A stretch of 64,000 nucleotides of DNA from Selaginella moellendorffii (GCF_000143415.4 NW_003314268.1:511117-575116), one strand, 5' to 3'. Counted from the stretch's first letter, positions 11,748 through 26,800 are shown. Made by a program: numbers and translations. Notes: a model not told the origin generated them from the letters alone.

Positions 11748-12651
11748 ATGCTATGGAAGAGCTTGAGCGATGTGGCTGGGCGAGGCGCTGCGATCGTGCA
11801 ATGTGTGTGCTTCATGGATGTCTTCTCCAATCACGTCCTCCAGATTCAACAGGTGAGGCACTTCGATCGCGGCATTGCTTCTTTCTTCCGGTCCATCGCC
11901 TTTGCCGCATTGTTTTCTGGATTTTTCCCCTGCATTGTGGGATGTATTGGATTTCGCACATCAACTTACAATTTCTCCTGATTCATTGCATCGCGATGTT
12001 AGATTGTTCTTCAAAATATTTTCTATTTGGTTTCATCCTTTATATCTCTTTCTTCTAAAGCATGTTGTGCTTGCTTTTTGCTCCTACTTTCTTTTTGCTA
12101 TGCAAAGATCTTACAGCTCTAAACTTTTGTCCTAACACTGCCCGTTTGTTCTTCGCAGTGCATTGGACCCAGTATGCTTCCAACGTTTAATATACGAGGG
12201 GACATCCTGGTGACCGAGCGATTGTCAGTAAAGCTTGGGAAAATCAGAGTTGGGGACGTTGTCATGGCGAGATCACCATCCGATCCACGCATGGTAGTCT
12301 GCAAGAGAATCCTTGGCCTGGAGGGTGACACCATCACTGTGGCGAGTGATAAAGGAGGTTCGACGAAGGTTAAGGTGCTCACTCGAGTTTCTATACCTTT
12401 TGGTGTTTAGTTCTATCATTTGCAGATACCGAAGGGACATGTCTGGCTTCAAGGGGATAACTTCCACAAGTCGAGAGACTCGCGGGAGTATGGGCCAGTG
12501 CCTTCTGCATTGCTCCAGGGCAGGGTGTTTTACCGGGTGAGCAAGCCTTGCGTTGTCTTGTTAAAGTTGTAGCTAAGGTTTTATGAATTTCTAGATTTGG
12601 CCCCCTCAAGGTTGGGGTTTTGTGGGTAGGATACCATCGCAATCTGTGTAA
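11748..12651 (+). CDS. IMP1: Mitochondrial inner membrane protease subunit 1 (peptidase S26)
   Basis: Exons 11748-11852, 12159-12374, 12426-12536, 12595-12651. Catalytic GPSMLPT and CKRI motifs, plus [23 protein letters not shown] and IWPP. Confidence 0.88.
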
Positions 12652-14470
12652 GTTGGAGAGGGATTTAGACCGTCAGGAATGAAAATTGTGTTGTCATCAA
12701 GACTCTAGTATCTTATCCTCCAGCAGCTCCAGAGCAACTTTACATCTTTATCTCCTAATAGGGAGCTCTTGATCCATATCTGAAACAGTGATGGAAAGCT
12801 CAGGCTTGGAGAGTCTCTATGAAAATACTTGAATATTCTAGTATATGTTAAGAGGTATAAAGTTGTCTCCTGCTCCTGGTTTTGAGGGAAAGCATACCAA
12901 TATGCGAAGTTCCAGGCTGATAGGAGTGTCCACTGGTGCATCAGACAATTCCCCTAGTTTGCTAGTAAATATCAAATGCCATGTTTTGTGTAGATCGAGG
13001 TCCAGAAGTCAGAGCGTGAGTGGATGAAAAATTACTTTTGAGGATTAACTTGAAACACAAAAAATGGTGCTGGGAGATACAAAGACTTTGGCATAGAGAG
13101 AAAATTTTGAAGGCCTTCTTTGTGCATACTTAACATTTGTTCACAGTAGGAATATGCACTGTGAGAAAAATCTTCTAGAGACAAGCTTGAAAACAAAAGA
13201 AAATTAAAATTGTGAGGTCCAAGTGTACAATTATCATATTGGCATCGGGGGACAGATATTCTCTTACCCTTAGATTTTTAGGATGGATGGCTTAAATGTA
13301 ACACTCTCTTAAAACGGTTATGGCTTTTCATATATCTGAGGGTTTTATGTTTGACTCTCATATATCACTGTGCAGCATTGGGAACGAGATTGTGAGCCCC
13401 TTGAAAATACCATTTTCCTCAATTTGGTACACAAATTTTTTGTTTCAGATACACTATGGTGGCTTGATTATTCACTTATGATAAGTTTCTTTCTCGCAGT
13501 TGGACACATTTGTATGATCCTGGCGCTTACAAGACAAGTGTATAGTTATAATGCCGTATATTAATATTAGTGTAGTGGGATTTTGTATTAGTTTAAATCT
13601 AGACTACTTACTCTTATATATAAGCTAGGGTTAAATATGTATATTTTATATTCTATTTCTATATTTCTATACACTCACATTAGTAAAGATAAGAGTGGAT
13701 TTATGTATTTGATTTAAATTTAGTTTTTGCATTATCTAAATCTCTCTATTTTTGTAGTTTTAAAATTTCTTCTCTTTTGTTTTTCTGCTTTACATTCATC
13801 TCTATGGCAAAGTAGTAGCCTCCTCCTCTTTTGACTCTAGAGCAGCAATTGGCACACTTACTCGATGCTATATAGTTGCAGTTGAATAATCAAATTTAAT
13901 TGATAGTAGCATTTATGGTGTGTGGTATAGCTACTTTTACTGTTATTGCTAATCCTCACATCTGACCAAAGTTCTTTCATAGGGATCCTAGAATGATATG
14001 TACTATTAGTTCGATCACTTTACGGTGATTATTACCTATTATAGAATGATGCTTAGCATCTAAGCGAGTTTTCATCGTGTCTCTAAGAGACAGCATTATA
14101 GTGGTACAATGGTTTGAGCACACCCACTTGTGTGGATTGGAACCTTCTTTTGGATATCTTTAAACACACAATTAGACACGTTAACAATTGTGATAATACT
14201 TTCCAACAATTGCATTGTCTTTGTCAAAAGTTGTTTAAATTAGTGATGTAGTCTAGTGTTTGCTTTCAAAACTTCTTGCTTTGTGCAAAGCTAAATATGT
14301 CAAAATGAATCAAGTTGGGAATGCTCACTAACACCACCACTAGTCCACTAAATCCTATTACCTTTTGGGACTTCTTCACTATATAACTATACCTTTGGTT
14401 ATTAAGTAAGAGGACCACTCATTTTCCTTTTCACGGTCTAGGACTTTGGGATGTTATTTTGAAACACTAT

Positions 14471-17400
14471 TGTAGCGCACGTGGTTTTGACCCTTTATCC
14501 TATGGTGATTTACCATAGGATAACACCACGAAGCAGAACCTAAACCCTCTTTGTGCCACATGACAGATGCCACGTGTCCATGCCACGTGTCCATAGGAAC
14601 CCGAGGTTCAGGGCCTTGGGCCACTGAACGAAGGAACGGTGCCAAACTCCCAAGCGTGGAGCCAAGGAGTGATGGAACCGAACCACGGAGCAATTCCCGA
14701 GCATAAAGCCCCAAAGAGCGAAGGGACAGGAGCCCGGAGCGACTTGGAACAGTCCTGGAGCAACCAACATCCCAATGCCAGGACCAGCACGCAAAATGGA
14801 GCCAAACGGAGTCTGATGCTATTTCGGCATACCGGTGGCCTAACGCAAGGATATGGGTACCCCACCAACTAGCATGGAATGGAACTTGGGCTTAGACCCA
14901 AGCCGGACGCAGAACAAGGACAGGCACGCAAGCGGGAGCTAGACTATGCCTCAGGTTGGTCGGCCATGCCCGACCTACCCACTATCCCTACTATACATTT
15001 GGAACCCCCCATAGCCCCCCCCCCCCTTGAGGAACACCCGCTTTGGGCTTTCACCCCAAGCCTCCCTTAGTATCAGGAGTTAGTCTCTGGGACAAGCTCG
15101 AAACTTACTAAATATGGAATGTCCCTAGATTGTGAATTTGGACATGGGACGAACACCATTGTGTTTAGGACAATCTCTACATTCCGTAGATATGCCAAAT
15201 GAGCAAATCTGGACACTTTCCATAAATAGCATTTGGGACCGAAATGAGACCAACACAAAGGGTATGATAGCGAGGGTGTTTGGCAGACACGGTAAGCTAT
15301 CATCTAGCGATATTGAGGGACCAATCTCAATATCGCGGGGGTTCCCAACACTAGCAAGTGCAAGTCAACGAATGAGTTTCTCTAACCAGGTCAAGTATGC
15401 TTGACAAATAGCACGTAGGAATTCTGTCCTTATGCCCATCTGGTCAAGTGCACACGCGAAGACCAGTTTCTCAACTAGCTTAGGTGGAGACTGATAACGG
15501 GCCCAGCAATACCGACCTCCTGCCATCGTGGCAGTAAGGTAAGAGTGTCCGTAAGGACTAGCCGACAGGTAACTTTCGATACCCAAAATCACATTCGTGA
15601 CACTCTCCCCCCCTAGGGAAGATCGACGTCCTCGTCGATGCATACTCGAGTCTAGAATACCGCCAAGGAAACAACTCCAGAAAAAGTTCACGGTATTCAC
15701 ACTATGTGAGAAATGCACCAACTTAAATGAGTTAGGAGGCAACCTCTTTGTCTAACACGGATGCGCTACCAGCTCAGACACCTTCCGGCCGTCGCCGACA
15801 AGGAAATGACCAACGGAGTTAGCCACCCTTGCTGCTCTGGTTGTCATCCAGCTTACAAAAGTGTGATATGCGCTGCCCGTAGAGACATAGAGAGAGAAGC
15901 CAGAGGCCCCAACCCTCCTGAGCAAAGAAACCAAACCCGTCGGTAAGGTTTAGATAGACTACTGTAAACAGGCAGTTAGAGTTGTTTACACGGTCACGCC
16001 CTTTTAACGGAATAAGGAACATCGACAGAGAGGCGGGTTATGTGACCAGTCAATAGTAGCTACCCCATGACTAGAGATTTCAACATGCACACGAAGTGCC
16101 GAAGCCAGTCTGCCTATACTGGCCCAAGTTCAAAGATCAATAGATGGACAATATCAAAGTCATAGACAATGATATCTTAGAGACTTAATTATCAGTGAAT
16201 ATATCTTAGATTAGAATACAAAAGTATTCCAAGTAAGTTATCATCCGATAAACCAGTATTATAAGATAGGAACCACCAAGATCATCAAAATTGGTAAACA
16301 CAGAATGCACTATCCAACAAAATTTAATAGCTAGTATATCATCAAGGAAACTCAATGATGAAATCTAACTACCGAAGATAGCAGACAGTAAGCCAACAAC
16401 TTACTAGAGATAACTTAAAGAACACAAAATATCATTGACTGACAAGCACAATGCTCGCGAATGTATCACCCGAAGGAAATAACATCCCAATCGATTAGAA
16501 CTAACTCGAGCAATAATCAACAGAACAGAATGAATGCGGTAAGACCAACAAACCCTCAGTCATGCCAACTATCACATGAGTCAATCCGAATAGATCCCAG
16601 CCAAAAACTCTAAGGAACTCAAGTTGCCTAAGCAAGTGTCAACAACATCCTATGGATGCCTAAAACCCAAGAGACCAATCCAGAGCAAACCACAAAGAAC
16701 ATGTGGTATTGCAAAAAGCCAGAAGCCATCAAAGAAAATAACTAACTATCACGAAAGATCATTAATCATCCCATCAATAAAGAGATGCATAATCATCGTC
16801 TAAGAAAGAATCCACTACCCTGAAGAATAGCAAATCATTCTATACCAACAACAATTAAGCAAAACTTTTTGATAAGGATAATCAACTATCCTAGATGATA
16901 GTCAATCATCACCAATGATTGCCAAATGCAAAAGCCAACTTCAATATCGAAGCTAATGAGCCAAAATGCCTTCCCCAACAACTTCTAACAAATGGACCAT
17001 AAGTATTAAAACTCAAGGAACCAAAAGCTCGAAGAAGCCTATAGCCAAGTCTTGCCTAACAATGATCACAAGTCTTGCATTGAACTAACTTCAATGCTAA
17101 AGAAGAAATCATGGTGTAACCCACAATATCCTCCTCAACACATCCATAAGCTAAACTTCATAATACTAAAGCTAATGAAGAGCATGTCTGCATCAATCCA
17201 AAAGCTAAGCATAACGAAACTATGCTCAACAAGTGATCACAAAACGATCCTCCATGAATCCGTCTATAGCAAGACGTAACTCACTTCATAACAAGCACAA
17301 GAAGAATCACCAATGATCGATATATTCCAACTCAAACCCAATAAAGATTCAAACTTTCCAACATCGATCACTAACTCTTCCGCTTGTAGAGTTAGCATAG

Positions 17401-20400
17401 TCCACAACTGAATCACTTTTTCAAGGAAAAGCCAAAGCTCAACCCCTACTAAATAATCTTGTGTAGAATATAACTAACTCAACTTGCTACTCAGTTCATT
17501 TGAACGTCACATAGTTGCTAACTAGCAAATGTGCGAATGCTAATAACACAAAACTATAACCAAATCATCAACACTATCTCTATCAAGACTAATGAAACTC
17601 AATATCAATCGAGAGAGAGACATCTCATTTCACTTGAATCTCAACATCCATATTGTCAACGACAAAGCATCACTTCAATGTCATCAACACCATAACAAAG
17701 CTAAAAGAAAGCACGAGTGAATCACCACTCAAAACTCTTTAGCAACTAAGCTAACCAAAGTTGAAGATACTTTACTCAGTATCTGAGACTAATCCTTCAA
17801 CAATACTCAGCTACAGATAATACATCATCAAGGAGTGATTCACCACGTCCAAGACTCAATGAAATCCAACACTACGAACTAAACGCAACAAAATGATATC
17901 GACAGAGGTAGAGTTGACATGCCAACATGGAAAACCCATGTAAGCCTAACAACACGATCCTCCACAACATCACCTGGTAAAGTAAACCCACCACTGCTAA
18001 ATCTTTATCGAGCGAAGCAAGTGTCAAATAGTCCCCGACGAAATTTACAAGCAATCATTAGTCGCAAAGTAACTAACCATCACTTTTTCAACTTGCTTTC
18101 ACGAGACCCAAACACTAAACACACGTCATTTAGTCATACACTTGTCCAATATAAACGTAATACCCCAGGTATGAGATAAAGTTTCATGGACAAGCATAAA
18201 CTAAATAACCACTCAAATCCAACTCAACCATGATAAGCTCACCAACACATCTAGTCAATAGCTTTGAGCATGCTTTGAAGAGGCTAGCTATGCGTGATCA
18301 ACACTCAGCTGAAACTAAAGTGAAGACCATGAGATGGACTCATATTGGTATATAACCTCCTCATAGACAAAGCTATAGTATGGGTACCAACATCTTAACC
18401 TTAAACAACTAAGTTGGACATCACCATCCTTAGCCAAGGCGCAGAGCCACCAAGTCCAAGTCAAGATCAGTGAGAGCTCATTACTCTCATAGAGTCTTAG
18501 CGAAATGCAAGGTGCAACCTGCCACCAAGCAGAACACTATAAAAGAAAGGCACAAGGGTCACCTTTCTAGAAAAGTGCAACGGCCACTTTTCTACACTAA
18601 CTTCAGACTCTATCCAACTCAATTGCCTTAGCCCCAAAAGTCAGCATCCCTTTCGGGTTGCATCATACAGACTACTTACTAAGGTCTAAGTTAACCGAAG
18701 TCAACTCCAACCCCTTCACTAGTTTGTATTGGCTTTTGAAAACGGAATGGTTTTCGAGCAAAGTGATCAACAGATCAGCCATTGGATAAGTCTAAGAAAA
18801 TTTGTAAAAATTTCCATCATAGAGAAAGAATGACTCTTTGTCCAGGAATGCAAACTTTCAAAACTCAACCAACTTCCTCCTACCAACAACTTCACATAGG
18901 TTCACCTCAACACCAATTCTCAAGACCCATAGTATGCTTAAGCCTCGAACATCTTTTTGCCCATACTTTCGACATCCAACACTGACATCCGCCAAAATGC
19001 AAAGTGATCATCCAAAGTTTGATCATGGAGACTATATCTTCGGATATTCATATTGCACTAACACTCTTCTTCAACCACTTTCAAGATCCAATGTGAAGCC
19101 AAAACACTAACAAGAAAAATGACATGGAAAATCAAGCTCTAAGGAAAATTCCTCATTACTCAGAATAACAATGCCACTTTCACTAACACAAGTGCTAGCA
19201 ATGTCAATGCTTTAACTACACACCTTCTCCATCCAACAATCTACTCCAAGTGCTAATGGATCAACTGACAAGCCATAGCAAGTGAATGCTATAACCCTTT
19301 CCAACACCTTAGTGGGCAAACTCAAGGAAACAAGGAACCAACTTAAGCTTAGCATAATGGATCACTATCGAGAATCCCGTCAAAGCTACTACAATGCTAC
19401 TACTTGCAAGTAGACTAGCTTCTCTATCAACCACTTTGGGGTTAATCATCGTTTAACCAAGCAACTTCGTAAACACATTGCTCACTATCACATGGATATG
19501 ATATAAGTATCACAATGACTTGATCATCAATTGAGCAACACCACGAGCAATGCCAATGTCATTACTTCAAAGGTTTATGTGACTATCAAGTGCCAACTCG
19601 ATTCGACAAAATGCAACATAAATGCCACACTCCACCGATAGAGACTTACAACACCCAACACCACTAACTTTTGTTCACAACACGGACAAGCTCATGCCAC
19701 TCTCTATCTGACCACACTCAAAACTAATCCAACACCAAGCTACTCAAGGAGCAATAGCAAGGTTCCCTGGAAAAGAATTGAGCATTGCAACCCAAGTCTT
19801 CAATAGCAAGCCTAGACAAAATGGTATAACGCTTCACCGCTATTCATCCCACAACTCACCATTTGTAAGACCATCATCTCCAACATGCATCAAGGTAGGG
19901 ACTCTTGATTGCATAATATAAACACGAGCAATGAGTCACACCTCGTTGCAAATCATCTCTCCAAGAAGAGAAGATGATTTACGTGTTTGATCCTTCGTCC
20001 CCGATGACTCTCTTTTCGTTCTCAACTTTGACTAAACCTCAAGCTTATGCTTGCACTGCTTTCAGTCCAATCCAAGAAAAGTTTATGAGAGAGCACGGCA
20101 ATGATTACTTGAATCAATAAACTAATCCCTACAGTCTTGATTGATCCACTTGTAATCATGCCTAGGAAGGACCCACTAGTGCCATGCTAAACAGCTATGG
20201 ACTAGCCTATTTGCTACTCATAGCAAACCCAGGGAAAGTTTGCTTTCACCCACGGTACATGAAACAACTCATGGAACCACCGATAGGCTAACATTAATCC
20301 TGCCAACTCAAAGTGCAACCTTGAGTTGCTAATGTGCCTCACTCACGAGCCCAAGCGTAAACTCGTGCTAACGGAGCATCTCAATTCCATCCTATGAGCC

Positions 20401-21720
20401 CAAGAGCAAGCTCACATCATAAGGTACAACAAGGTAACCAAATCCATACCCAAGGAACAATTGTAAACCCTTTATACCAAACGTGTACCCACTCGGATCA
20501 TCGTTTTCATCTCTGCGTATGCAACAAGACTAGTTGCACAATCTCATTGAATAGTACTCGCTGAGACTCATCCTCTGATACCAAATGTAGCGCACGTGGT
20601 TTTGACCCTTTATCCTATGGTGATTTACCATAGGATAACACCACGAAGCGGAACCTAAACCCTCTTTGTGCCACGTGACAGATGCCACGTGTCACATGCC
20701 ACGTGTCCATAGGAACCCGAGGTTCAGGGCCTTGGGCCACTGAACGAAGGAACGGTGCCAAACTCCCAAGCGTGGAGCCAAGGAGTGATGGAACCGAACC
20801 ACGGAGCAACTCCCGAGCATAAAGCCCCAAAGAGCGAAGGGACAGGAGCCCGGAGCGACTTGGAACAGTCCTGGAGCAACCAACATCCCAATGCCAGGAC
20901 CAACATGCAAAACGGAGCCAAACGGAGTCTGACGCTATTTCGGCATACCGGTGGCCTAACGCAAGGATATGGGTACCCCACCAACTAGCATGGAATGGAA
21001 CTTGGGCTTAGACCCAAGCCGGACGCAGAACAAGGACAGGCATGCAAGCGGGAGCTAGACTATGCCTCAGGTTGGTCGGCCATGCCCGACCTACCCACTA
21101 TCCCTACTATACATTTGGAACCCCCCATAGCCCCCCCCCCCCCCTTGAGGAACACCCGCTTTGGGCTTTCACCCCAAGCCTCCCTTAGTATCAGGAGTTA
21201 GTCTCTGGGACAAGCTCGAAACTTACTAAATATGGAATGTCCCTAGATTGTGAATTTGGACATGGGACGAACACCATTGTGTTTAGGACAATCTCTACAT
21301 TCCGTAGATATGCCAAATGAGCAAATCTGGACACTTTCCATAAATAGCATTTGGGACCGAAATGAGACCAACACAAAGGGTATGATAGCGAGGGTGTTTG
21401 GCAGACACGGTAAGTTATCATCTAGCGATATTGAGAGACCAATCTCAATATCGCGGGGGTTCCCAACACTAGCAAGTGCAAGTTAACGAATGAGTTTCTC
21501 TAACCAGGTCAAGTATGCTTGACAAATAGCACGTAGGAATTCCGTCCTTATGCCCATCTGGTCAAGTGCACACGCGAAGACCAGTTTCTCAACTAGCTTA
21601 GGCGGAGACTCATAACGGGCCCAGCAATACCGACCTCTTGCCATCGTGGCAGTAAGGTAAGAGTGTTCGTAAGGACTAGCCAACCAGTAACTTTCGATAC
21701 CCAAAGTCACATTCGCGACA
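14471..21720 (-). mobile_element. LTR retroelement family A, copy 1; non-coding internal region (LARD-like)
   Basis: LTRs 14471-15602 and 20586-21720 with TG...CA ends. 5-bp TSD ACTAT (14466-70 / 21721-25). PBS complementary to tRNA-iMet at 20573-20583 (TGGTATCAGAG on minus). PPT at 15603-15615. No gag/pol ORF. Confidence 0.93.
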
Positions 21721-23462
21721 ACTATAGTTTAACATAAGTTTCATAAATACTCCCTCTACCTTTTGCCAGTAGGGTGCTTTATCCTAGAACAAGGTTCCAA
21801 TAAGCCATATAAGGTATTTAAGTAAGTAGTGCCACTCATATTTAGATTGGGAGCATCAACCATTCAATCTCATGAGGGAATTAAAGTTAGTTTTTTGTAA
21901 TGTATTTCATCTCTCTCCTCTTAAGTCAATTAAAAAATGGGCAATTGTTTAATGAGAAAACCCTTAATAGCTATTTTATCCCTATTTATCCCCTAAGGTT
22001 TCAATGGTTCACAATAATAGTATATTCAAATCTCATCCCATAATCACATCCATATGTCTTTTTGATCGTACTACACCATTATGAGCATTGTTGAAGTCAA
22101 TAACATCATTTTTCATTTGGTTTAAGGACTATAAATGGCCATTTACAAATTTCAAAGAGTTGTTAACAACTCCTTTAATTTTGGCATATCCAAATTACAT
22201 TTGATCTTTTATTTTATCCACTTCACTTTTAAGCCAACTTCCTGAGGTTCATGAGGCTCAAAAACCTAAGCCATGGATTTTAAGGCTTATAATATTGGTC
22301 TTAGAGGTGTATTGATGCAAGAGAGAATAAATATCAAGACCCCTAACAAGCCCTAACAAGATCAAGACTGAAAAATATAGAAGACAAAGAGAAAAGCTAG
22401 TGGAAACGAGGAAAAGGCCTTAGACTAGCATTGATTTAGATTGTGGAGAAATGGAACAAGACTAATGTAAGCGACTAATTTTTCCATTTTACTTTAATTA
22501 CTTAACCACACTTCCGACCACTGGGAGGAGTCTCATTCACAACCTCCTTAAGTCCAATTTAGGATTTGGGAATTATTAGCCCCAAAAATGGCATCTATGG
22601 CACTCATCCTTTGCACTTAGTCCAAGTGCTCCACGTGTCCGGTCCCATGACCGACACTCAAAGGTACCACTGGCATAGCAGCTTGTTATGCTAAGGCTAT
22701 GCCCAATCACCTTTGCCACACTAGTGGTCTAATACCATTTACATCACAGTCCTGCCTCTCCAAGACTGGGCCAACCATCCATGAGTGGTCATCACAGATC
22801 CACTCCTTAGCATCCTTCGGATGCCCACTGACAAGGAGAATAGCCTTCCCCACTATCCCTCTTTTAGTCCCAACCAAGTCCCGTCCTACCCATGGCCATG
22901 TTCACCAACACTGCCACTGGGTCAAGGCCCACAGGCCCGACCACTAAGTCCCAATGCCCTTTGGGACTTCCTCACCATGTGACTATGTCCTTAGTCACTA
23001 TGCCAAAGGTCGGCTCCTCTTCCTTTCCATAGTCTGGGACTTTGGGGCAACATTTCGGAACACCGTGGCCTTACGCGAGCCACTTGGGTACTCTTCCGGC
23101 CTTCCGCCCTTGGGTGCTTTAGCCATGGGCTTAGAGCGAGGTTCCGTTGAGCCACACTTGGTATCCAAGTAGGTAGTGCCACCCACACTTGGATTGGGAG
23201 CATCGGCCAGTCGATCTCCTGGAGGAACTAGAGTTGGCTCTTGAACACTTCACCAAGCTACCCCACTTGTCGGTCTATGTTCACTCTAGCCTTGTACTTC
23301 CCAGTGGGCAGCTCATCACCCAACACTGGGTACAGCTTTCCTAGGCTAAACTGGCCTTTCCTGGCCAAATTGGATCCACTATAGTCCTCCCCCTTACTAT
23401 ACTTTTGGAGCTCACCAAACCCCCCAGGGTTTGGAAGATGAATGCTTTGGGCTTTCACCCTC

Positions 23463-23830
23463 TCAGACTCGAACTCGGACTCGGACTTGGACTCGGACTC
23501 GGACTTAGGCTCGGGCTTGATCTTAGCCTTGGCCTCGGCCTCGGTCTTGGTCCCGGTCCTGGTCTCGGTCTCGGTTTCGGTCCCGGTCCCGGTCTTGGTC
23601 TCAGTCTCAGTCTCGGTCTCGACCTCGGACTCCATCTTGGATTCCATCTCGGGTCCATCTCGGACTCCATCTCGGACTCCATCTCGGACTCCATCTCAGG
23701 TCCATCTCGGACTCCATTTCGGGTCCATCTCGGATTCCATCTCGAACTCCATTTCGGACTCCATCTTGGGTCTATCTCGGACTCCATCTCGGTCCATCTC
23801 GGACTCCATCTTGGTCCATCTTGGGTCCTC
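23463..23830. repeat. Minisatellite in family B LTR (CTCGGH hexamers then GGACTCCATCTC 12-mers)
   Basis: Directly visible tandem units; source of the spurious ESEMESEM/GLGLGL ORFs. Confidence 0.9.
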
Positions 23831-26800
23831 TTGTGTCCCTTTTCTAGAGACTCTTTTATTGCTCTTCATGCTTGATCCTTGAGCACTCCATTGGGAGTTC
23901 CACCCTCGCTCTTGACCTTTCAAGTCGGAGCCTTTTAGTTCAAACGTGTTACGCTCGTTTGGCTTTCGCTTCGGCCACTACCACATGGCACCCTTTCGAC
24001 TCCACTTTGGGGCTTAGGGATTTGTGTCTCACAACTCCACCACCCATCGATAAAGTTCGATGTCCTCATCAAACAGTAAACCTTTTTATAAAGTAACACC
24101 CGTATGTATTACCATTTCCATTTTTGGCACCCAGCCAATGTTTGTCTATGGTTTGACACCGAAGGCTTGCCATGCCTTTTCTAACCTCTAAGGAGCCTAA
24201 TGTCTCCAACATAAAGACTCATTTGACCACCTCATGTGGTTCTCTCCCTTTTATTGGTTTAGCTCTCGCTAAACTCATTAAAGACACCTTCTCTAGCTCA
24301 ATCCCACTACTCATTCTTGAGTAGTCTCCACTTCTATTGACATAACCCATTCACCTTGAAACTTTTAATTTTGACTTTCTCAAAGTCAATTTCCTTAGTG
24401 TCTCTGATATCTTTCATTGCACATATCGTGCAACTTCACTTCCCATCCTAGGAAGTTTTCCACTTAAGGGCACCATCATCCTCCTTTCTATTTTATGCCA
24501 CATTTGGCATCAAGTTCCAACCATCGTAAGTTGTGCTAAAGCTGTCCACGGCCCTATTCTTTGGCTACTTCACCACTCCCTCCCTTAAAGCTTTCATCTT
24601 TGCTAACTTGGAGTATTTGGGAATCCATCCTTGGAAACACGCTTCCTTTCTCACAATCTGTTAGCATCCAACACATTAGTGTTCCATGTCTAACTTTGCT
24701 ATTTGGATTCCTTCCAATGAACTCCATGGCCCACACTTGGCCACTAGTCTTTTGCTTTTATCCATTGATTTTTGCACTAAGTAACATAGGATCATTACCT
24801 TCATTCTCAAGGTATCCTTTTGGTTCTATGGCAAAGGCTCTACCTTGCTAAGTCTAGAGGGTGCTCATCCCTAATACATCTCTTTAGCATTTTTTGCTAC
24901 GGGCCCGTTCATGGCCCAACTTTGCGACCCTCCCATAGGTCTCTCCCCGAGACTACTTTCTTGGACTTACTATACCATTGTATTGGCACAACTGATTTCT
25001 TTTTAGGTGTCTTTCCCACTTGGTCACCTTGACCAAGTCACATCATTATCAATAGTTTAAATTAACACTTTGAACTAAGAATCATATTCCTTAACCCAAA
25101 CAAAGACCTTGTCCTTGTTTAGCCCCAAGATCAAGTGATCTCATCTTGACCCCTTAATAGGTCTACCAATAGGAACTAGGTCTTCTAGACCCTTTTGTTG
25201 ACTATGACCTCGGGGGCATCCCCCACACTTGGCGGTGTGCCTAAGCTAGCTCTTCTGGCCAAGGATCCATAGCAACTGAGATTGGGTATCCCCATCTCAT
25301 TCACCACATCCTTGGTGCCCTTTACACCAAAGTGTTCAAGTTAAATATGCCGAGCTTTCACTCTAAGCAATCTAACCGTGTATCACGACTCCGGAGCATC
25401 CCCCGCTTGGCGGTGTGCCCAAGCCAGTCTCCTCACTGAGAGTCCATGATCACCAAAATATGAGTGTCCTCATATTCCAAACCATCACCACACCCTAGTG
25501 ATTTGGGACTTGAACCCAAGCACTTGAGGGTTGGGACTCGAACCCAACCTCCGTATATGCATCTACGGAAGGCATCATCCAAGATGCCTGGCATGACTCT
25601 CCACGCCGGTGCACCAACTTATAGTTAAAGCGTGCTATAGATCACAGCTTAGGAACCTAGTTCCTCCACATTGCCAAGTCCTCTCACTTGACAAATCTGT
25701 GATCATGTATGGACTCCTCCATGCTCGGCCCCATAGGCTACCCCTTTTGAAGTTAGCACCTTCAACTAGGGGATTTGTCCCCCTGACTTGCCAATCTCAC
25801 TTAGCAAGTCATCCGGCCATCGTGACATGGTTCATGCATAAGCGTGAAAGTCCTCAACCATCAACTTTTGTTCAAAGCCCTCTCTTTGAACACTCGGGAA
25901 TCACTTCCCCAACCTTGATAGCCTCGCCTCATGGCCAACTTCAAGACCATGTTTTTGCTGTGCCACTTTGATTTTGCGCGCTCTAGGAACCATTTACACT
26001 TAGCTTTCTAGGTACTAAGCTACCTAAAATTGTCTTTGAGAACTTCGAAGGAACTTTGTCCCTTAGCTTGCTAAGGCTTCCCTTTTCACAAGCTTTCTAA
26101 TTACCATATAGTTTAACATGGACAATTTCATATTTTAAACTCCCCATGACATCACAGTTGCTAGCAACAACACCCTCTAGCCCCCACTTGATTTTCCACT
26201 CCCAACTGGCATAACCACCCTTGGTTGTGCCCTTTGATTCCTATGGTTTGGTTCTATCCCCTTAGTACTTGCTTTTGGCTTCACATTTCCTTCGGTCATT
26301 CTCCTCCAAACTAAGAGGATAGCTTTGCACTCTCTATCATGCCTTAGCAAGTATTCTTAGGGATGAACCGACCCGATAGCCTAGGGAGTGGTTCCTCAAT
26401 CCAGGTATACTCACCTTATAATCCCACACACCAGGATTAACGTTGTTGCTTATAGGCCCTTATATACCCATCACTAGCCTTGCCAAAATTTCGTTTTTGG
26501 CTTTGTCCAATTCGGGTAGATAGTCTTCTCCCATCTCCACAACCTTGGATATTTAGATAGCATCTTCTATCCATCATTCGTTAGGGACTTAGTCCCTTGG
26601 GCCGTATCTATTGCCCTTGCGACATCAAACACCACCTCCTGGTGTTCTAGAGTGTTTGGGTGTCCTAAATGATGGCCTCTTTGACAATGAGCATTCCCTT
26701 TTACGACATTGACTTACTATATCGCAACATAAGTAATTTATTCCTCATAAGGGTATATTTAACTTCTTTATGCCATTAAGAAGTCTTGGGTAGTTAATTA

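Noticed and set aside
9135-12058. Long plus-strand and alternate-frame ORFs over the PPR gene
   Set aside because: Shadow ORFs of GC-rich coding DNA; only 11748-11852 has support (IMP1 exon 1)
12705-13300. Possible decayed minus-strand gene fragment downstream of IMP1
   Set aside because: Multiple stops, no recognisable family; cannot be supported
14454-15404. Short ORFs recurring four times in the window
   Set aside because: They lie within family A LTRs; recurrence reflects LTR identity, not coding selection
23258-23923. ORFs with ESEMESEM/GLGLGL/RPRPRP repeats (also 28848-29684)
   Set aside because: Translation artefacts of LTR minisatellites that are open in several frames
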